Notes: a model not told the origin generated them from the letters alone. Counted from the first letter of the stretch, positions 1 to 14,180 are shown. The stretch: DNA of 64,000 nt from Vicugna vicugna (GCA_013265495.1 MU057865.1:124001-188000), one strand, 5' to 3'. Made by a program: numbers and translations.

Positions 1-2814
1 GGGAGGAGAAGGGGAGCAGACAAAGGAAAAATAGTCTAATTGCACCCAGAATGGATTTTTCTCTTTTGTTAGGCTCAACCCAGGAAATTCTAAATCCTAG
101 CAGCCCGTCTGTCAGCATCTGGTCCCCCGGAGACAGAGAGAATGCTTTCATTTAGCTGAAGGTTGCTACAGGCAGCCACACGCCCGCCTGGGAAAATACA
201 TCAATTTTTAAAAGTGTGAAAATGACTGCTCAAGGGAGGCAGAGCCCGGGTTATATGCCCTATCTCAGAGCCTTCAGCCCCAGTGGCAGGGACCAGCCGG
301 GACCGGGATGACCCCGGAGATTCAGGAATTCAGTTTGTCTGACATCCTCACAATCCCTAGGCTGCACTGAGGAGGAAATGTTAACTACCACCAGCTCAGA
401 GACACCATCGATGGCAGGGACCCGATCCTGGCTCCGAAGGAGGTAACGCCAGCCCCTGACTCAGCTTCCCCAGGCTGGACCTTTCAGAGAATGATGAGTG
501 AATGCTGCCATAAAAGATTGCCTTTGTTCCAGACAAACAGCTGGAGGAAATGTACGCCCCGGCATCCAGCTAACCCGCCGAGCCCTGCCTGTCTGTTCCT
601 CAGCTCAGTCCAGTTCCTGGCCCCTATCTGCCCCTCTTCTTTTCTGCAAGCTCCCTCCAACCCCTTCTCCCCAAATCCTGGCAACACCAAGACTCAACAG
701 GCTCAGGGCCCAAATGATTCAGTCCCAACTTTGATTCGGCTGGCACCGACTTTCCCTCCTTTTCTGGTGTTCCGTTGCATCTGTAATCCACACCACATAG
801 TGTTTCATAATTGTTTCATGAGTGTATATACTTTGAAATTTATCCTATAAATTTCTCTAGCACCTGGCAGACTGCTTGACATTTGCTACTGGTTTCTAGG
901 CTGAAAAACTTTGAGAAAAGTAATTTCCAGCTACTTCCTTATATCTGGGGCAGTGGGGGGACACCTAACTCACTCAGAATGATGCTCAAAACTCAGTCAC
1001 CCTGGGAAATATTCCTGTTCCCCATGTGATGTGACATTTTTCTCCAGGAGAACAACTCTCACCTTCTATGTTGCTAACTCTATGGCTTTGACAAACAGAG
1101 TTCACCTGGAATCTCCCTTCACATCGTGTTTAAACGTTCACCCTTTCAGCAAAGACTTCAAGCTGTATCTCACTGAGCCAGTCGGCTTCACTCATTTCTG
1201 ACCAATTTTTGATTTACCAAAGGCCAAAGTTCAGCTGGAGGACAGATGAAAAAGCCCCAGGTAACCACTGAACTTCTGATTAGAGAAATAAGATAACCAC
1301 ATCTGATTTCACATTCTGGTATCTACAGAAACTGGCTAGGAAAGATTTTTTCCCAGGGTTAGAGAGAGGAAGGAACACATATGGACCAAAAATGGCATGT
1401 GGTTAAAGGATTTATGACTTAATAGAAGGAGAGATTTATTATAATCTTCAGAGTGGATAAGAAACACACTGGTGATGGGCCTTTCCAAAAACTCGAATGC
1501 TATTCTGAGAAGTCTAGTTCTGGCAGGGGACTTTTATCTTCTAATTAAGTGGAATATACTATGAATAATAAAGGATTTTGCTCCTCATGGAAGGTACAGG
1601 TGGCCACCGTCACTAACGCATTGTGGAGAGCAGGGCCAGCTCACAGCACAGTGGTGCAATATAAGAGGTTTGGTTTGGTTCTTCTCTGTCCTCCTCCACG
1701 TGGGCAGACCTGTCCCGCATCCCCTCCCGAGTCTTTTCATGAACATCTCCCATATTAACCACCTCAACCTCTTGCACCCTTTTTCTCCCTTTTCTGCTGC
1801 CCATCACAGACTCCTCCCAGCCCAATGTGAGAGTCACGCTATAATCAATGGAGAGATGCTTTTAGCGTGCATTCCCCCCAAAGGCACATTCACTTGAGCA
1901 GGGAGAAGACTGACATAACCCAGGGGTGTGAGCTCCTGAAAGACATTTCAGCCTTGAGGGCTCTCTAAACACAAACTTCATTCCAGGCCGTCTAGCTGGT
2001 AAGACAGCTCTAGAAAAAAGATCAGAGTGGGATGGCCACACACGAGGCAGGCTCTTTGAAGAGATATGGAGGCGCAGCGTCAGCCATGAGCAGAGTAGGA
2101 GCTTCCAGGAAAATCTGCGGCTAAAATGAGTCAGGGCAGGTGGCCAGGCACAGGGACGGGCTGGACTGAGCAAATGTATGTGAGTAGAATTCCAATGAAG
2201 AACCATTTGGTAACGAGATGCCACGTCTGACTTATGCTGGGAGGGAGAAAGGAAGTCTGCCTGTTCCAGAGGATCCTCTGGGTAAACCACAGTGGTGAGC
2301 AACATCTAAACGTCACAGACAAGCATCAGTCTCAACGAGAACCAAGTCTCCCTGTGTGGTTATGACAGCCAGCATGGTGACAGATGGACACCTGAACTTC
2401 CCCTTTTTTAAAGTAAAAATCCGGTACTTTCTATTTATATATGTCCCAAGGAAATTCAATTTCATTTTCAGTCACATTCAGTCTTTCCTTTTGCTATGAA
2501 TCTATTTTTACATTCACCATGGACGAGTAATACTTCTACTTTTGAGATTCTCCAAAAAGATCACACTGTCATTAGAGGTTCCCTGTATGGGGGCAATGAT
2601 GGGGAACGAGACTAGACAGGGAACAATGCTAAGGGTATTTGTGACTAGAAGAGACAACAGCCAGCAGATACTGTGTGAGATGGGTTAGGAAGAGGCAAGG
2701 GGTGACCCTGGAAGGCCATGTCTGGGTCCACATGCCAAGAGGGCTCGCTGTTGGGTAAGGGGACTGTTCCACAGCCAGCCAAGCACCTTCCTCTGACCCT
2801 CACTCAGCCCACAG

Positions 2815-2960
2815 AGCAACCTAGTGAGGCTGACGCTTCCCTTCTGCTCACTGACAGATGCGGAAACTGAGGCTCGGAGATACTAAGCACCTTTGCTCAA
2901 GATCAAGAGAGGGAGCCCATGACAGAGCCAGGATCTGAAGCCTGTTCCTCCATGCCTCAC
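2815..2960 (-). mobile_element. MIR SINE remnant
   Basis: MIR core-like ACAGATGCGGAAACTGAGGCTCGGAGA; boundaries approximate. Confidence 0.7.
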
Positions 2961-5327
2961 TCTGTCCAACAGGATGCTGAGCCCTGGAGAAACTGAAGGA
3001 AGGGACTTGGAAATACACAAAGGGATGTTGCTCTGGGTGGCATGTTAAGAGTCATCTACGTATCTGCTGCTTCAGGGAAGATTTTCATTTGACATTACCA
3101 ACAACAACAACAACAGAAAAAAACAGTATTAAATCCTAAAAGTCTCTGAAGGAAGTGATTTCATATTCTTGAATGGTAACGCTTTCTTACTCTCTCTTGT
3201 TCTGATTTTTAGGGTTGTCTGAGCATTCATCTCCCTAGGAATGAATGAATTCCTCCTGCTTAACTGAACGATAAAACAAATGCTTCCCCTGCCATTTTAA
3301 TTTATGGTAAAATCAGCTCAGCTCTCAGCACGTGTCACAGACTCACTGTCTTTTCAAAATATGAACCATCTAAGCTTGTCTATGCTCGATAACCCTCTAA
3401 ATGTGTTTATTCAAACACTCTTCTCCTGATTATTAAGTTTGGGTGTATTTCAAGGGACATTGAATCCATCTCTGAGTCATTTACTTCGAGCGCATTCAAA
3501 TCATTCGGAAATAGATAGCAAGAAATATTTGCTTTGTAGGTAGTATCTGAGCACCACACACTTAAAACTTGATTGCATTGGCCCAAGATAACATGGAAAT
3601 GTCAGTTTTCAAGAGAAATTTCGAACTTTGAGGTTGCAAGGACAGGTTGGGAGCAGACAAAAATTACTTCCTAGTTCTATTTTCTATTAAAATTTGAAGT
3701 CACTCACAACAGTTAAGAGCATACACAAGGCAAAGGAATGGGTTAATTTTGTTGGCAGCTGAAGTATTCATGTCACTACTTCTTCTGCCCTGTATTCGTG
3801 TCCCCGGGTGGGTATTCATGTTTTTGCCCTGAGGCCAAACTGCAGTTTTCCCATGTAGCACATTTCTACGTGGACCTCTTTGGGAAAGTCAGCGTAGCAT
3901 TTGATCAAGAAAAGCCAAGTCAGAAATAAATCATAATATTAAGTTACAGAGGAGCACACCTGAATACTGAACAACTGGTATACCATGATAACACAATTTA
4001 GGGCAGCTATAAGTGAATCCAGGTCAGCGTTGGGAAGCCATGCAGGGTGTTCCTTGCTGAACAGAGAGCTACTATGTAAATAAGAAATCAAACGAAGACA
4101 CATGCAAGATATTTTATCCCACCTGAAGAGCAATCTTCCTAGAGCCATGCAAATGATAGTTTTCTCTGTGATGCTGAGCAGTGAGGAATAAAAATTAGTA
4201 ATCTCCCAACTGGTATGTGTCCTCCACATCTGTTATTGAAATAATTGAAAAAATATTAAAAAGCCCTCAATAGAATAATGCAACGGCCAGGGCTAGACCT
4301 TGGGTTGTTTTCGATGTGGGGTGTTATTGGAGCCTGAATTCCTGGGTTTTTTCTTTGGATTTAAGCCACAAACTTTCTAAACAGTGAGGGTAATATTTTC
4401 ATCCCAGGTCAAATTTTTCTGCTGGTCACACAGCAAGGTATCCAGCCTCCCCAGTTTTGATCTATAAAGCCCTGGATGGCCTGGCCCCTCCCTCCTTAGT
4501 TCTCAAGCTCTCCTCCAGTCACTCACCTTCAAACCTTCAAGCAGACCAAATTCCTGAACAGGCTCCCATCTTTTCAATTCTGTGGCACATCCAACTGGGA
4601 AATCTTTTTGTCTCCTCCATGTCTCATACACATTCTACTAATCTAATCAGACTGGCTGGATAGAGGCCCCTGTTTAGGTCACCTCATACTTCCAACTCCA
4701 AACAAAGGGCCGGAACCTTCTAGAAATTGCTAGATATATTTTTAAGTACGATGAATAAAAAGCTCCCTGATATGACCTAGTAATCAAGATTTTCCATGGA
4801 GTTCTCAGCCAAGAGGAATCTGAAAATAGAACATACTCCACCACTCATTTTATTAACATACCTATTACTTGGCTAGTGTGAGGCCAGAATTTTTCACATA
4901 CTCTAAGAAATATCATTGCAAGCTGGAGATGGAAAAAAAAATTAACACAGCCCCACAGCTGGAGGCTGGATGATAACGCGTCTGCATTTGCTGTGAAGGA
5001 GGAGCTCAGAGAACATTCAATGTTCAGACTCCACAGTTAGACAGTTACACTGATTTAAGAAATCTATTATGTTAAAGATCAAGTTCAATTACTTGCTGTA
5101 AGTGGAAGCTGTATTGAAATGACTCAGGGGGGATTTTAGCTTTTTATCTCGGCAGACTATCCACAAGTTAGCAAATATTCGCTATTACTTACTTTGCGTT
5201 TGGAGCCTAATGGAGCCAAACACCAGTCTTTTTTCCTACACTGATTGTCTCCCAAATTTCAGAACTACATTCTACATTTCTTTTTTTTTTTTTTTTTAGT
5301 AAATAGGAAACAAACTCTTTCTGGAAA

Positions 5328-5763
5328 TGTTACAGCAAAGTGTTACAGCAAAGTGTTATAGCTCAGTGTGACAGTAACCTGGATCCTGGCGAGAGACCAA
5401 GCAGCACTCAGAGGGTTGGAGAACTCAGGTTTACTATGCCAGCTGGCCCAGAGGAGTTAACACTCCAAGCTCTGGACCCCGTCTGTAGGTTTACACAGGC
5501 TTATAATAGGCTACCAGTTGAGATTTTGCAACATTTTGCAACATCATATGTAGAGTAGGTGTAAGAAATGGACCAATCAGGAGTGAGCTTTGGGAACCAA
5601 TAGAATATTCAGGGTAAGTTTTGCTTTCCTAGAAGCAAGCCGTTTTACAGAAGCACAAAAGCAAGATAATGCTGCCTGGCCAGGGAACAGGATAGTGCAG
5701 GCGGGAAAGTAGTGGCCTTGCCTGGGGGTCCTGCCAGTATGTACATGTGGCTTCCCACCTCCA
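5328..5763 (-). mobile_element. ERV1-like solo LTR, family A copy 1
   Basis: TG..CA termini, exact 4-bp TSD GAAA (5324-5327/5764-5767), colinear with 60595-61081. Confidence 0.9.
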
Positions 5764-7284
5764 GAAAACACAAATTAAGGTAAATAGACCAAGATAGAAG
5801 CCTATACATTTTGAGGACATTATGGGGAATATCCTGTGAAATTTTGAAATAATTTACAGATTTTAGGCTGCGAGACACACCAATGTCCCCATCATTGTTC
5901 TCTATTGAAAGAGGAAAAATCAATTCTCTTTCCCTGCATCGTGTCTTCCTAAATCCTGCTGAGTGAATGTAGTAGTAAATCCTCTTTGGAGAGATTTTAT
6001 CACTGCCAATATGGTGGCATTAATAACTATTAAAGAAATGTAAGCTGAGAGCTCAGAGGGAAATCTATTCTGACAAGCATCTCTCAAGAGGAATTATTAT
6101 TCACTTAAAGAGTTAAAACCCTCCCTCATCACTGCATCCCTTACAGGTGGCCTGTTCATGAGGAACCCTCCACAAAGACCAGATGAACTGATCAAGCCTT
6201 TCTCCAAATTAATGGTGGATTCTCGGGGCTTTGATTTTCTGAGAAGCAAGGGAGGTTGCAACCCAGTTCTGTCTTGCAACAGGAAAATACAATTGGCTTT
6301 CTCAGTGGTGTGCATCCCCAGGGCCTTTGTGATGAATCAGCCCTCATAGATTCCTTCTCTGACCTTATTAAGGACAGACACAGCAGATAATTTTAATAAT
6401 GCAGCCTTCAATAGATCAAGAGTATTGCTTCCAAAGACTGCAGAGCTGAAAAGACTAATTAATGTTGTTTCTTTGGGGAGGGAGCTAAGGAAGTAGTAAG
6501 AAGGTAGAGAAATTTCAGCACAGCTTGGACGATAAAATACTGGCCTTAATTTTCCTTTTTCTTATCTGGCTCCTCACACAATGAATCAAAAACAGCACAT
6601 TTAGCTTGGCGTGCGGAACCATAACCAGCCTCCAATCAATGGATTCCTAATGAGAGCAGCCGGCCGAGCAGCCACAAGAATCACCTTTTGGACAATCAAT
6701 GCAGAAAGAAATGTGAAAAGACCTTGATATCAGGTATTTCTCTGATCATCCCTAACCAGCCCTAATCGGAGGGGTGTGGTATGTATTCCCCAGACCTTCA
6801 ATAGGCAGACACTATCGGAATCTTTCCAAGTAATTACATAATTAAGATGTCTGGACTACGTGGCTTGGGATATAGGAGATAGCAGGGGCTGGGGACCACA
6901 GGTGGGTCTGAAAAGAGAAGCCTGTATCTTTCCTTGGTGCTGGATATGACGAATCAAGTGCCCAATTCAATTAACCAGACCAGAAACAAAGATTTGAAGG
7001 AAAGAAAACTGAATTTGTTCAAAATATCAACCCATTGCTACAACTAAGCAACAACTAAAACATTGCACTACCTCCTTCCCAGCAGAAGGAGCCAGTGACT
7101 GACTGAGGTCAGTTCCAGCCAGACGCCCAAATTTCACATGACTCAGAGCCTGCTGTGATGGTCCTCGTCCATCCTGCTGCAGCCTAACTCCTTTTGAAGC
7201 AAGAGCTCTGGCTTCTGCTCAGCATCGAAAGCACCAGAAATCAGAGTGTGGTGCGTGCTTTGTCCGCAGTCGACCTAGGCAGCA

Positions 7285-7420
7285 GCATGGAATAGAGGTG
7301 ACATGGTTATGCCACCAGCTGTGTGACCTTTGCCAAGCTGTATGACTTCTCTGAGCTTCAACTTCCTCATCACCAATATGAGGATGTGATAAACCCACAA
7401 GCTCCTCTTAGATCTGAAGT
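7285..7420 (+). mobile_element. MIR SINE remnant
   Basis: AGCTGTGTGACCTTTGCCAAG...TCTCTGAGCTTCAACTTCCTCATC; boundaries approximate. Confidence 0.65.
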
Positions 7421-8024
7421 TCAGTCTACGATCAGCTGAGCAGCCTGCTCACAGTTCCATTTTCACTTGAGAGTTAATTTCCTTCTCTATAACTGACAGT
7501 TGAACTCTTGGCAAGACAGAGCTTGCTGCTTCTCCAAAGGAGGCATAAAGCCAGACAAGTATTAGTTATGTATGGTGAGGAAAACATCAGATAAACAGTA
7601 GAAGCTCAGAACATTTTGGCTATTTCCAAATCACACATCTGTATGATGGATGTCACGTAACCCAAAGATACAGATAATTCACTGAAAGGGTTCTTTTCTG
7701 CCTTAATGTTTTGATATCGTATGGAACGAATCAATCCAAATTACACCACTCGCTCTTATGTCACTCCCTGTTGCTCTTATCCAGTAGTGAAAACAAGTGC
7801 TCTGGTTGCTGCAGAAAGTCACAAACAGGAGAGAACCAAGAGCATCTCTAAGACCCTTGAAGCGTATCGCGTCTTCCAGGTGTTTCAGTTCTGTTTGGCA
7901 TCCAAGAAACTGAAGCCAGAACTGGTAACTTGGAAGAATAAAAAAAAAAATTGTTAAATGATGTGTTTGATTCAAAGATCTTTGAAGATCAGTGCCCACG
8001 GGGCCAGCTGAACGAGGTGGAAGC

Positions 8025-8565
8025 TGAAGGGAAGCAGAGTTCGCCACCCCAAACTATGCCACTTTGCTATATTAATTATTTTGTGCTGTAAGCACTCGAA
8101 AAATGACAAATACAGGGAGATGCTTCCTCTGAACTCCGCTCATCTGCCTAAAGACAGACCATCTGAAAGGAGCTCAGCTGTCATGAATCCCCTTCCCAGG
8201 AGTTTCAGCAACTGGGAAGGTGGACTCATCACAGGAGAGGGGGCTGGAGGTCGACACCTCACCCAGACACACTATGTCACAAGCTCTTACCTCCCATTCA
8301 GCCTTCTGAGGGCCCATTCATCTTTCCTAAAAATCATTTGCTCCTCCCTAAGACCTGTATACCCCCCCTATCTCTTTAAGATGAGTTCTAAAGCCCCCTC
8401 TTTGACCTATTAATTTTTCCTAGGTTTCCCCCGTGTATGCATGAGGTTCACATACTAATAAATTTTAAGCAATTTCTATTTTCCCTTGTCAATCTCTGTT
8501 TTATTATAGGAGTTGTAGCCAAGAACTCAGAAGGGTAGAGGGAAAATTATATTTCCTCCCCTACA
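8025..8565 (+). mobile_element. MER34-like ERV1 solo LTR
   Basis: TGAAGGG..CCCCTACA termini, exact TSD AAGC, AATAAA near 8457; family from recalled consensus. Confidence 0.85.
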
Positions 8566-8694
8566 AAGCTTTGTGGGATGCAGCCTGGGCCCATGTTTTA
8601 TAAAAACAGAGAAGGGCTGGGTCAGTAAGAGTGGCCAGTGGATAGAACTAAATTCTAGAAGGTCCCATCTTCCACATCCCCTTGCTTGGAATTA

Positions 8695-8820
8695 CCATAT
8701 CATGTGTCTGCCAAAGTCAGGCCACTTTTGAGACTGCAGTTAAGACTTCAGTAACAATTATGCCAACTCAACAGGAGCGAACGACAACTGAGTCAGGCAA
8801 ACAGAACTGGGGTCACTCAC
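8695..8820. mobile_element. hAT (MER94-like) DNA transposon remnant
   Basis: CCACTTTTGAGA..CAATTATGCC..CAACAGG..CAGGCAAAC resembles recalled MER94. Confidence 0.5.
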
Positions 8821-8941
8821 AACTTCTCATGCCCCAGAATCTGAAGACTGAGTAACTAAGATCACCCGCCTCTCCGGAACATTTGAGGAGCCCTGACCAA
8901 GAATTCAAGGAGGACAGTGGCACCGTTCTTTTTATATTCAG

Positions 8942-9060
8942 TCCTTCCCTCCTTCCTTTTTCCCTCTCTCTTTCCCTCCCTCCCTCCTTTTTTTCCCTTT
9001 TTTTTCTTTACTTTGTTCTTTTTTCCTTTCCCTTCCCTTCCCTTCTTTTTCCTGCCTTCC
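8942..9060. repeat. Polypyrimidine low-complexity tract
   Basis: Almost pure C/T for ~120 bp. Confidence 0.9.
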
Positions 9061-9894
9061 GCCAGTACGTATTTAGCACTGCTAGTTGCTAGTTCCTGTG
9101 CAGAAACTGAGTGTAAACCAGAAATGGTCTCTGCTTTCCTGGAGCAGGTGGCCTGAGGGAACAGAGACTAATGAAATAATTACACAGATAAACACATCGA
9201 ATGATGAAAGGGCTACAGAAGGAGGGTCGGGTGCAGAGTGCTTAGGACATGCATATTCATCACACGGTACCCAGTTAAGAGCGGAAGTGTGCTTGGATGC
9301 TGCTGCGGATAACGGGCGATGGTGGTCATCTCAAAGAAGGCACCATCTCTCTGCTGTTTTAATGCCACACGAATGACTGAATGCTTCTTAGGAAAACTCC
9401 AATTTCCAACCTCGTTTTCATTAATCCCAAGAGTTGTATCAAGGTAACATCACTTGATCTTTAATACCATAATTAGATGCCATAATTTCAGTCAGTTTTA
9501 TCCCCAGCATAGTTGAAGACAACCAAAACTTTCCACCCCAGAGGCAAGGAAAGCAACTGTTTTGTTCATAATATGGGTGGAGAAATAAAATGATCTGGCT
9601 TAATTCTGATGTCTTTCCTCCTTGGAAAATACATAGACTCTATAAGTAAATGTATGTAAATGTTATTATGCTAATATTGCAAATGGGGACTCACGAGAGA
9701 GCTTTATTTATTTATTTTTTTTAGTCTTCTTTACAGATCCCATAAAGAGGGAGCAGAGAGCCTGCAAAACAACCCACCAGAGGTCTTCTGTCTCATCACC
9801 AGCCTTGGCTCCTTGCTGTTTGTCAGGCAGACCCTGAACCTACAGTTCACTATGGTATCTGTAATTCAGATTGCGCCGCCTAAAATCTGAATAG

Positions 9895-10009
9895 TCACAG
9901 TGAAAAAGAATATGAAAATGAATATATGTATATTCATGTATGACTGAAAAATTGCACTGTACACCAGACATTGACACAACATTGTAAACTGACTGTAACT
10001 CAATAAAAA
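9895..10009 (+). mobile_element. Severely 5'-truncated L1 (3' UTR tail only)
   Basis: GAAAAAGAATATGAAAATG..CATTGTAAACTGACTGTAACTCAATAAAA; TSD AAAATCTGAATAG/AAAATCTAAATAG; matches the tail of the L1 ending at ~45300. Confidence 0.9.
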
Positions 10010-11366
10010 AAAATCTAAATAGTTCTGACTGAGACTGAAGTCTCCCTCTGAAGTGTCCATGAGGAGAATTTTGCTGAGTAGATAAATATTGTGAAGTAAA
10101 TTCCTGGGGGGTGGAGCAAGAGATATTTAAACAATCTTTGTGAGTGATTTCCAAGCATTTTAGCAGTGCCCAGTTATATTCAAACAACTGTGGAAATTAG
10201 AAACCATTCTTTTATTTCTAAAACAAATCTCCTATGGAAACGTGAAAAATACTTTGTTTAAATTTCTCTTCAAACAGGGTGGATAGAAAGCTTGACGTTT
10301 AAAAGAAAAAAAGGTTTAGATTTCTGACCTAGCACTAATATTTCTGTCTTACTGTAACTCACACAGTGTGGGACATGAGTGATTAACACGGTGTCCCAAT
10401 CTGCGGTTGCCACCGAGGTATTTAATGATCTCTGCATGATTCAATGATCATGGCTCTCCTGCCTCTGCACAATGAGGACGCTCATCTTTCACCCAGGGCT
10501 TCAAGAGAGAAATAAGCCTTTCAGGAAAATGGAGTCTTTCACACCACGCCAACCCCAAAACACCACAATTCATAAAGAATCAACTTTACCAAGACTCAGG
10601 TCACAAACATTGCAGTATCACAGAGCTGAAGGCAGCCACTGTCAAGAGATCACTGGAGAGGAGAAAAAAAATTCTTTACCAAATTCAACTAACTGATGTT
10701 CAGTGTTTAAAGGCTTTGTTTTGAGTGAAGGTTTAACATACCCTAAGCCTTAGTAACAGTGCCTTTGACTCAAGGAGCAAGACATACTCGCATCAACTCA
10801 GAATACTACGGTGCACCCAGGAAAACACACAGCCTGGATCAAACTGGCCCCTTAGCCCACTAGGCAGGATCATTACCAGGCCCTTCTAACAGGTGAAGCG
10901 GGGACAAATTTCAGGACCTTTTGCCTTTAACCAGGTGGCTTACACTGCATATAGTCATTTCCTGCTCTCCCCTCTAAAAAACTTGTTGACTTTTTAAGTC
11001 TTAGTTTAACAAAATAAAAGATCCTTCCGATTTAGTTGAACTTGACAACTCCGTGTTCACATTAGAGGTAAGATCTCGGTGTGTGGACTCCCAGTAAGAA
11101 GACCCTTGACAAACTGGCCCAGTTTCCACTTGGACGTCCAACCACTTGTAATGGCCCCTATTGCATTGGTATGGTGGTCAATAGTTTTCACAAACCATTC
11201 AAAGGAAGAAAGTATTAGAATTTCTACTTGTATTTCTATAAATAGTTTGTACATTTTCTGATGTTCATTTTAGAACAACAGAGCAAGTTGTGTTATGAAT
11301 AAATAAGAGTAATTGGGATGCACGTTGAAATGTGTTTAGTGCCAGACTGCTGTATGTGAGAAGATT

Positions 11367-11501
11367 TTTTTTAATTTTGGGGGGGGGCAGGTAATTAAGT
11401 TTTCCGTATTTATTTATTCCTAGAGGAGGTACTGGGGATTGAACCCAGGACCTTGTGGGTGCTAAGCAGGCGCTCTACCACTTGAACTATGCCCTGCTTC
11501 C
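11367..11501 (-). mobile_element. tRNA-Ala-derived SINE (vic-1-like)
   Basis: Minus-strand A box and B box (GGTTCAATCCC), A-rich tail, TSD AGAAGATT. Confidence 0.9.
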
Positions 11502-12179
11502 AAGAAGATTCTTAAAACAGGATTATGTCTTACTTTGCCTAGCTAAGTTGTCTGGAAATAGAAGACCATCAATAAACATACACTGAATAAATGAATGACT
11601 AAAGTAACAAGTGAGCATGGCCATGAAGTTTGTATTCCTGGACTCTGTATTAGCCTGCTTCCATCAATTAAGCACAAAACTTCAGGACCTGATCATAAAG
11701 GGACAACTTCAGTGATACCAGTCTTCGCTCTACTTCCATACAGGAGACAAGGCCTGACCTCAGCAACCTCTCATCAGATTCCGTTGGAGGTGGCTCTGAC
11801 ACCTGCTAAGGAATGCTGGCTGGCCCTTCTCATTTGCAGGCTCACCATGGCAGACAGCCCTGAACCTTGTCATTAGTAAGGTAAGTAAGTCCTGAATAAG
11901 CAGAATTCAGTTTCTGGAGAAAGTTTCAGTCCCCTGAAAAGGAAGGCAGCTGTCTGATGGAGGCTGAGAAAATCGTGTTTAGTCCAAAGCATCCTCCTCT
12001 TCCCCTGCCCCCATCCCCACCCTCAACCTGGACTTTCTGCCTTGTTCTGGCTTTGCTGTGATGCCCACAGCAACAAAGCCTGGCTTTTGCTTTCTTAACT
12101 CCCCTCCTGCTTTGATCCTCCCTCTTCACCTGGGAGAGACCTTCCAGAACACCGCTCTGCAGAGGTATAAAAGGGTGAG

Positions 12180-14180
12180 GATAGTATTCAGGTGTTGGTA
12201 TGAAAAGATCATCAATAAATGTTCTATAACAAAAAGCGAAACACAGAATGTTGTGTATGGTCTATGGAGAAAATATATATTAAAAAGAAACACTGAAACA
12301 ATAAACTAGAATATTAAATGGTTACGTGAAATTACTGAGGGGGAAACAAAACCACGACTTTTCTGTGTATACATTATATATTGTTTTTACCATTTAATTC
12401 CATAGGTACGTTAACTTTTCAAGAAAATTAAGTCAGAAAAACAAAACACCTCAAATTGAAACAAATGAGCCTAACTATATATCAAATTGGTAATAGCAAA
12501 AAGATTTCATCCAAAGGATTGAAAATACAGTATTTTGACTGTGAATACTTAATACAATATTGGATATTCTAAGGGAAAAAAAGCCATACCAAAAAGAAAA
12601 AAGAAAAGAAAAGAAAAGGGAAAAAAATCCACTATGTCATAAAACTGGCATTGGTATCCTCAGACCTTTTTAAATGTTTATTAAAACAAGTTATTAATGA
12701 CGTTTTATGAATCAAAACATTCAGTGTGAAACAAAAAATACACGTATAAAATAAGAAGACGTGAATACACTCTGACGTTTACATATTAATTTAAATTAGA
12801 AATATGAGCTTATGACTTCTTAAATATACATTTAAAGACCCTGAAAAGCCCTAGAAGAAATGTATTAACAGCAATTAACATCCCTCATGCCCAGGAAATA
12901 TATTCAAGATCTTGTAGTAGCTCATGGTGAAAAAGAATATGAAAATGAATATATGTATGTTCATGTATGACTGAAGCATTGTGCTGTACACCAGACTATA
13001 ACTGTTAAAAAAAAAATCCCTCATGCCCAGGTTGTGGCCTCTATAACGATTCTCCATGAGAAGAAACCAAGGCTCCCTGGAGAAATGATTGATTCCAGTC
13101 TAAGCGAGAAAGGGAGCAAGGGGAACCCAGGACCTCTTGTGCCAGAAAGGTGCCTGCAAAGATGGATGGGACTGTGTCAAACACCCACAAGCCAGTGTGG
13201 AGAAGCCACACTGGTCAAAGTTGTGACAATTTCGACCTCGAAAAGAGTAATGAGTTTAGTGGACTGAAACAGATTGAATCAATGAAAAACCAATGAGTAC
13301 ATGATGATACTATGAAAAAAAAAAGAAAGTCATAGAAATCTCACTGGTCACCATGGGAGGTAAGTATTAACACTACTCCTGCCTTTGAAAATTGGGAAAT
13401 AAAGGAAAACAATTGACCATTTAGCTTGCTTTTCTGGTAGGAACTGGGTTTCAGAGTAATAAATTAGCCCACTTTTGTGGGAGAAAGTTCTTCTTCACAG
13501 AGAAGTGTCAGCTAACAAATGAAGGAGTGGTGGAATTTTTAAAATTTTAGAAACTATGATTAAATTAACTGCTTGAGGAAAGGATTGCCAACCGATGTCA
13601 AAACTGGAAGGTGAATGGTTTGTACAGTAATACAGTCACATAGTTCAAAGTCATACTATACAGAAGACTTTCTCATCCCAAGAGAAAAAAAAAAAACAAC
13701 ATAATTCTACAATGGAAGGACTGAATCAACTTTACTAAACTTATTCCAGAGGCCGATGTTAGTCTTACTAATGACAGGTCAACCAAATATTATGCATCTT
13801 CCGGAAAACTACAAACTTATATATCGAAAATCAACTAAAAGCCAGAAATGTTTAACTTGAATTCATGAAGCCTTTTGACTTAGTTTCCAGCATATAGGAA
13901 ATATGTGAGCTATATGACACCACAAGCCAGACAAATCCCAAAGGTAGTTCATTCTACAGGGCAAATGAACTGTTCTCTTCAACAGACCAGTGTCACGGGT
14001 CAGAAGGGCCATCATCAAAAAGTCTACAAATAATAAATGCTGGAGAGTCTGTGAGTAAAAGGGAACCTTCCTGCACTGTGGGCTGTAACATCATAGAAAT
14101 GTTTCAAAAAGAGAGCTAATAAAGGAGACAGAAGGAACATTCTGGAGCAGGGGAATATCATGATGGATGGTGCTTGACGG
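12180..14180 (+). mobile_element. Old, decayed L1 3' region with younger insertions
   Basis: A-rich plus strand with L1M-type 3' UTR-like motifs; boundaries approximate. Confidence 0.5.
12896..13015 (+). mobile_element. Severely 5'-truncated L1 tail
   Basis: Exact 16-bp TSD ATCCCTCATGCCCAGG (12880-12895/13016-13031), A tail, same tail family as 9895. Confidence 0.93.

Noticed and set aside
73..442. Plus-strand acceptor (72) and donor (442) pair
   Set aside because: No recognisable product or partner exons; such pairs occur by chance
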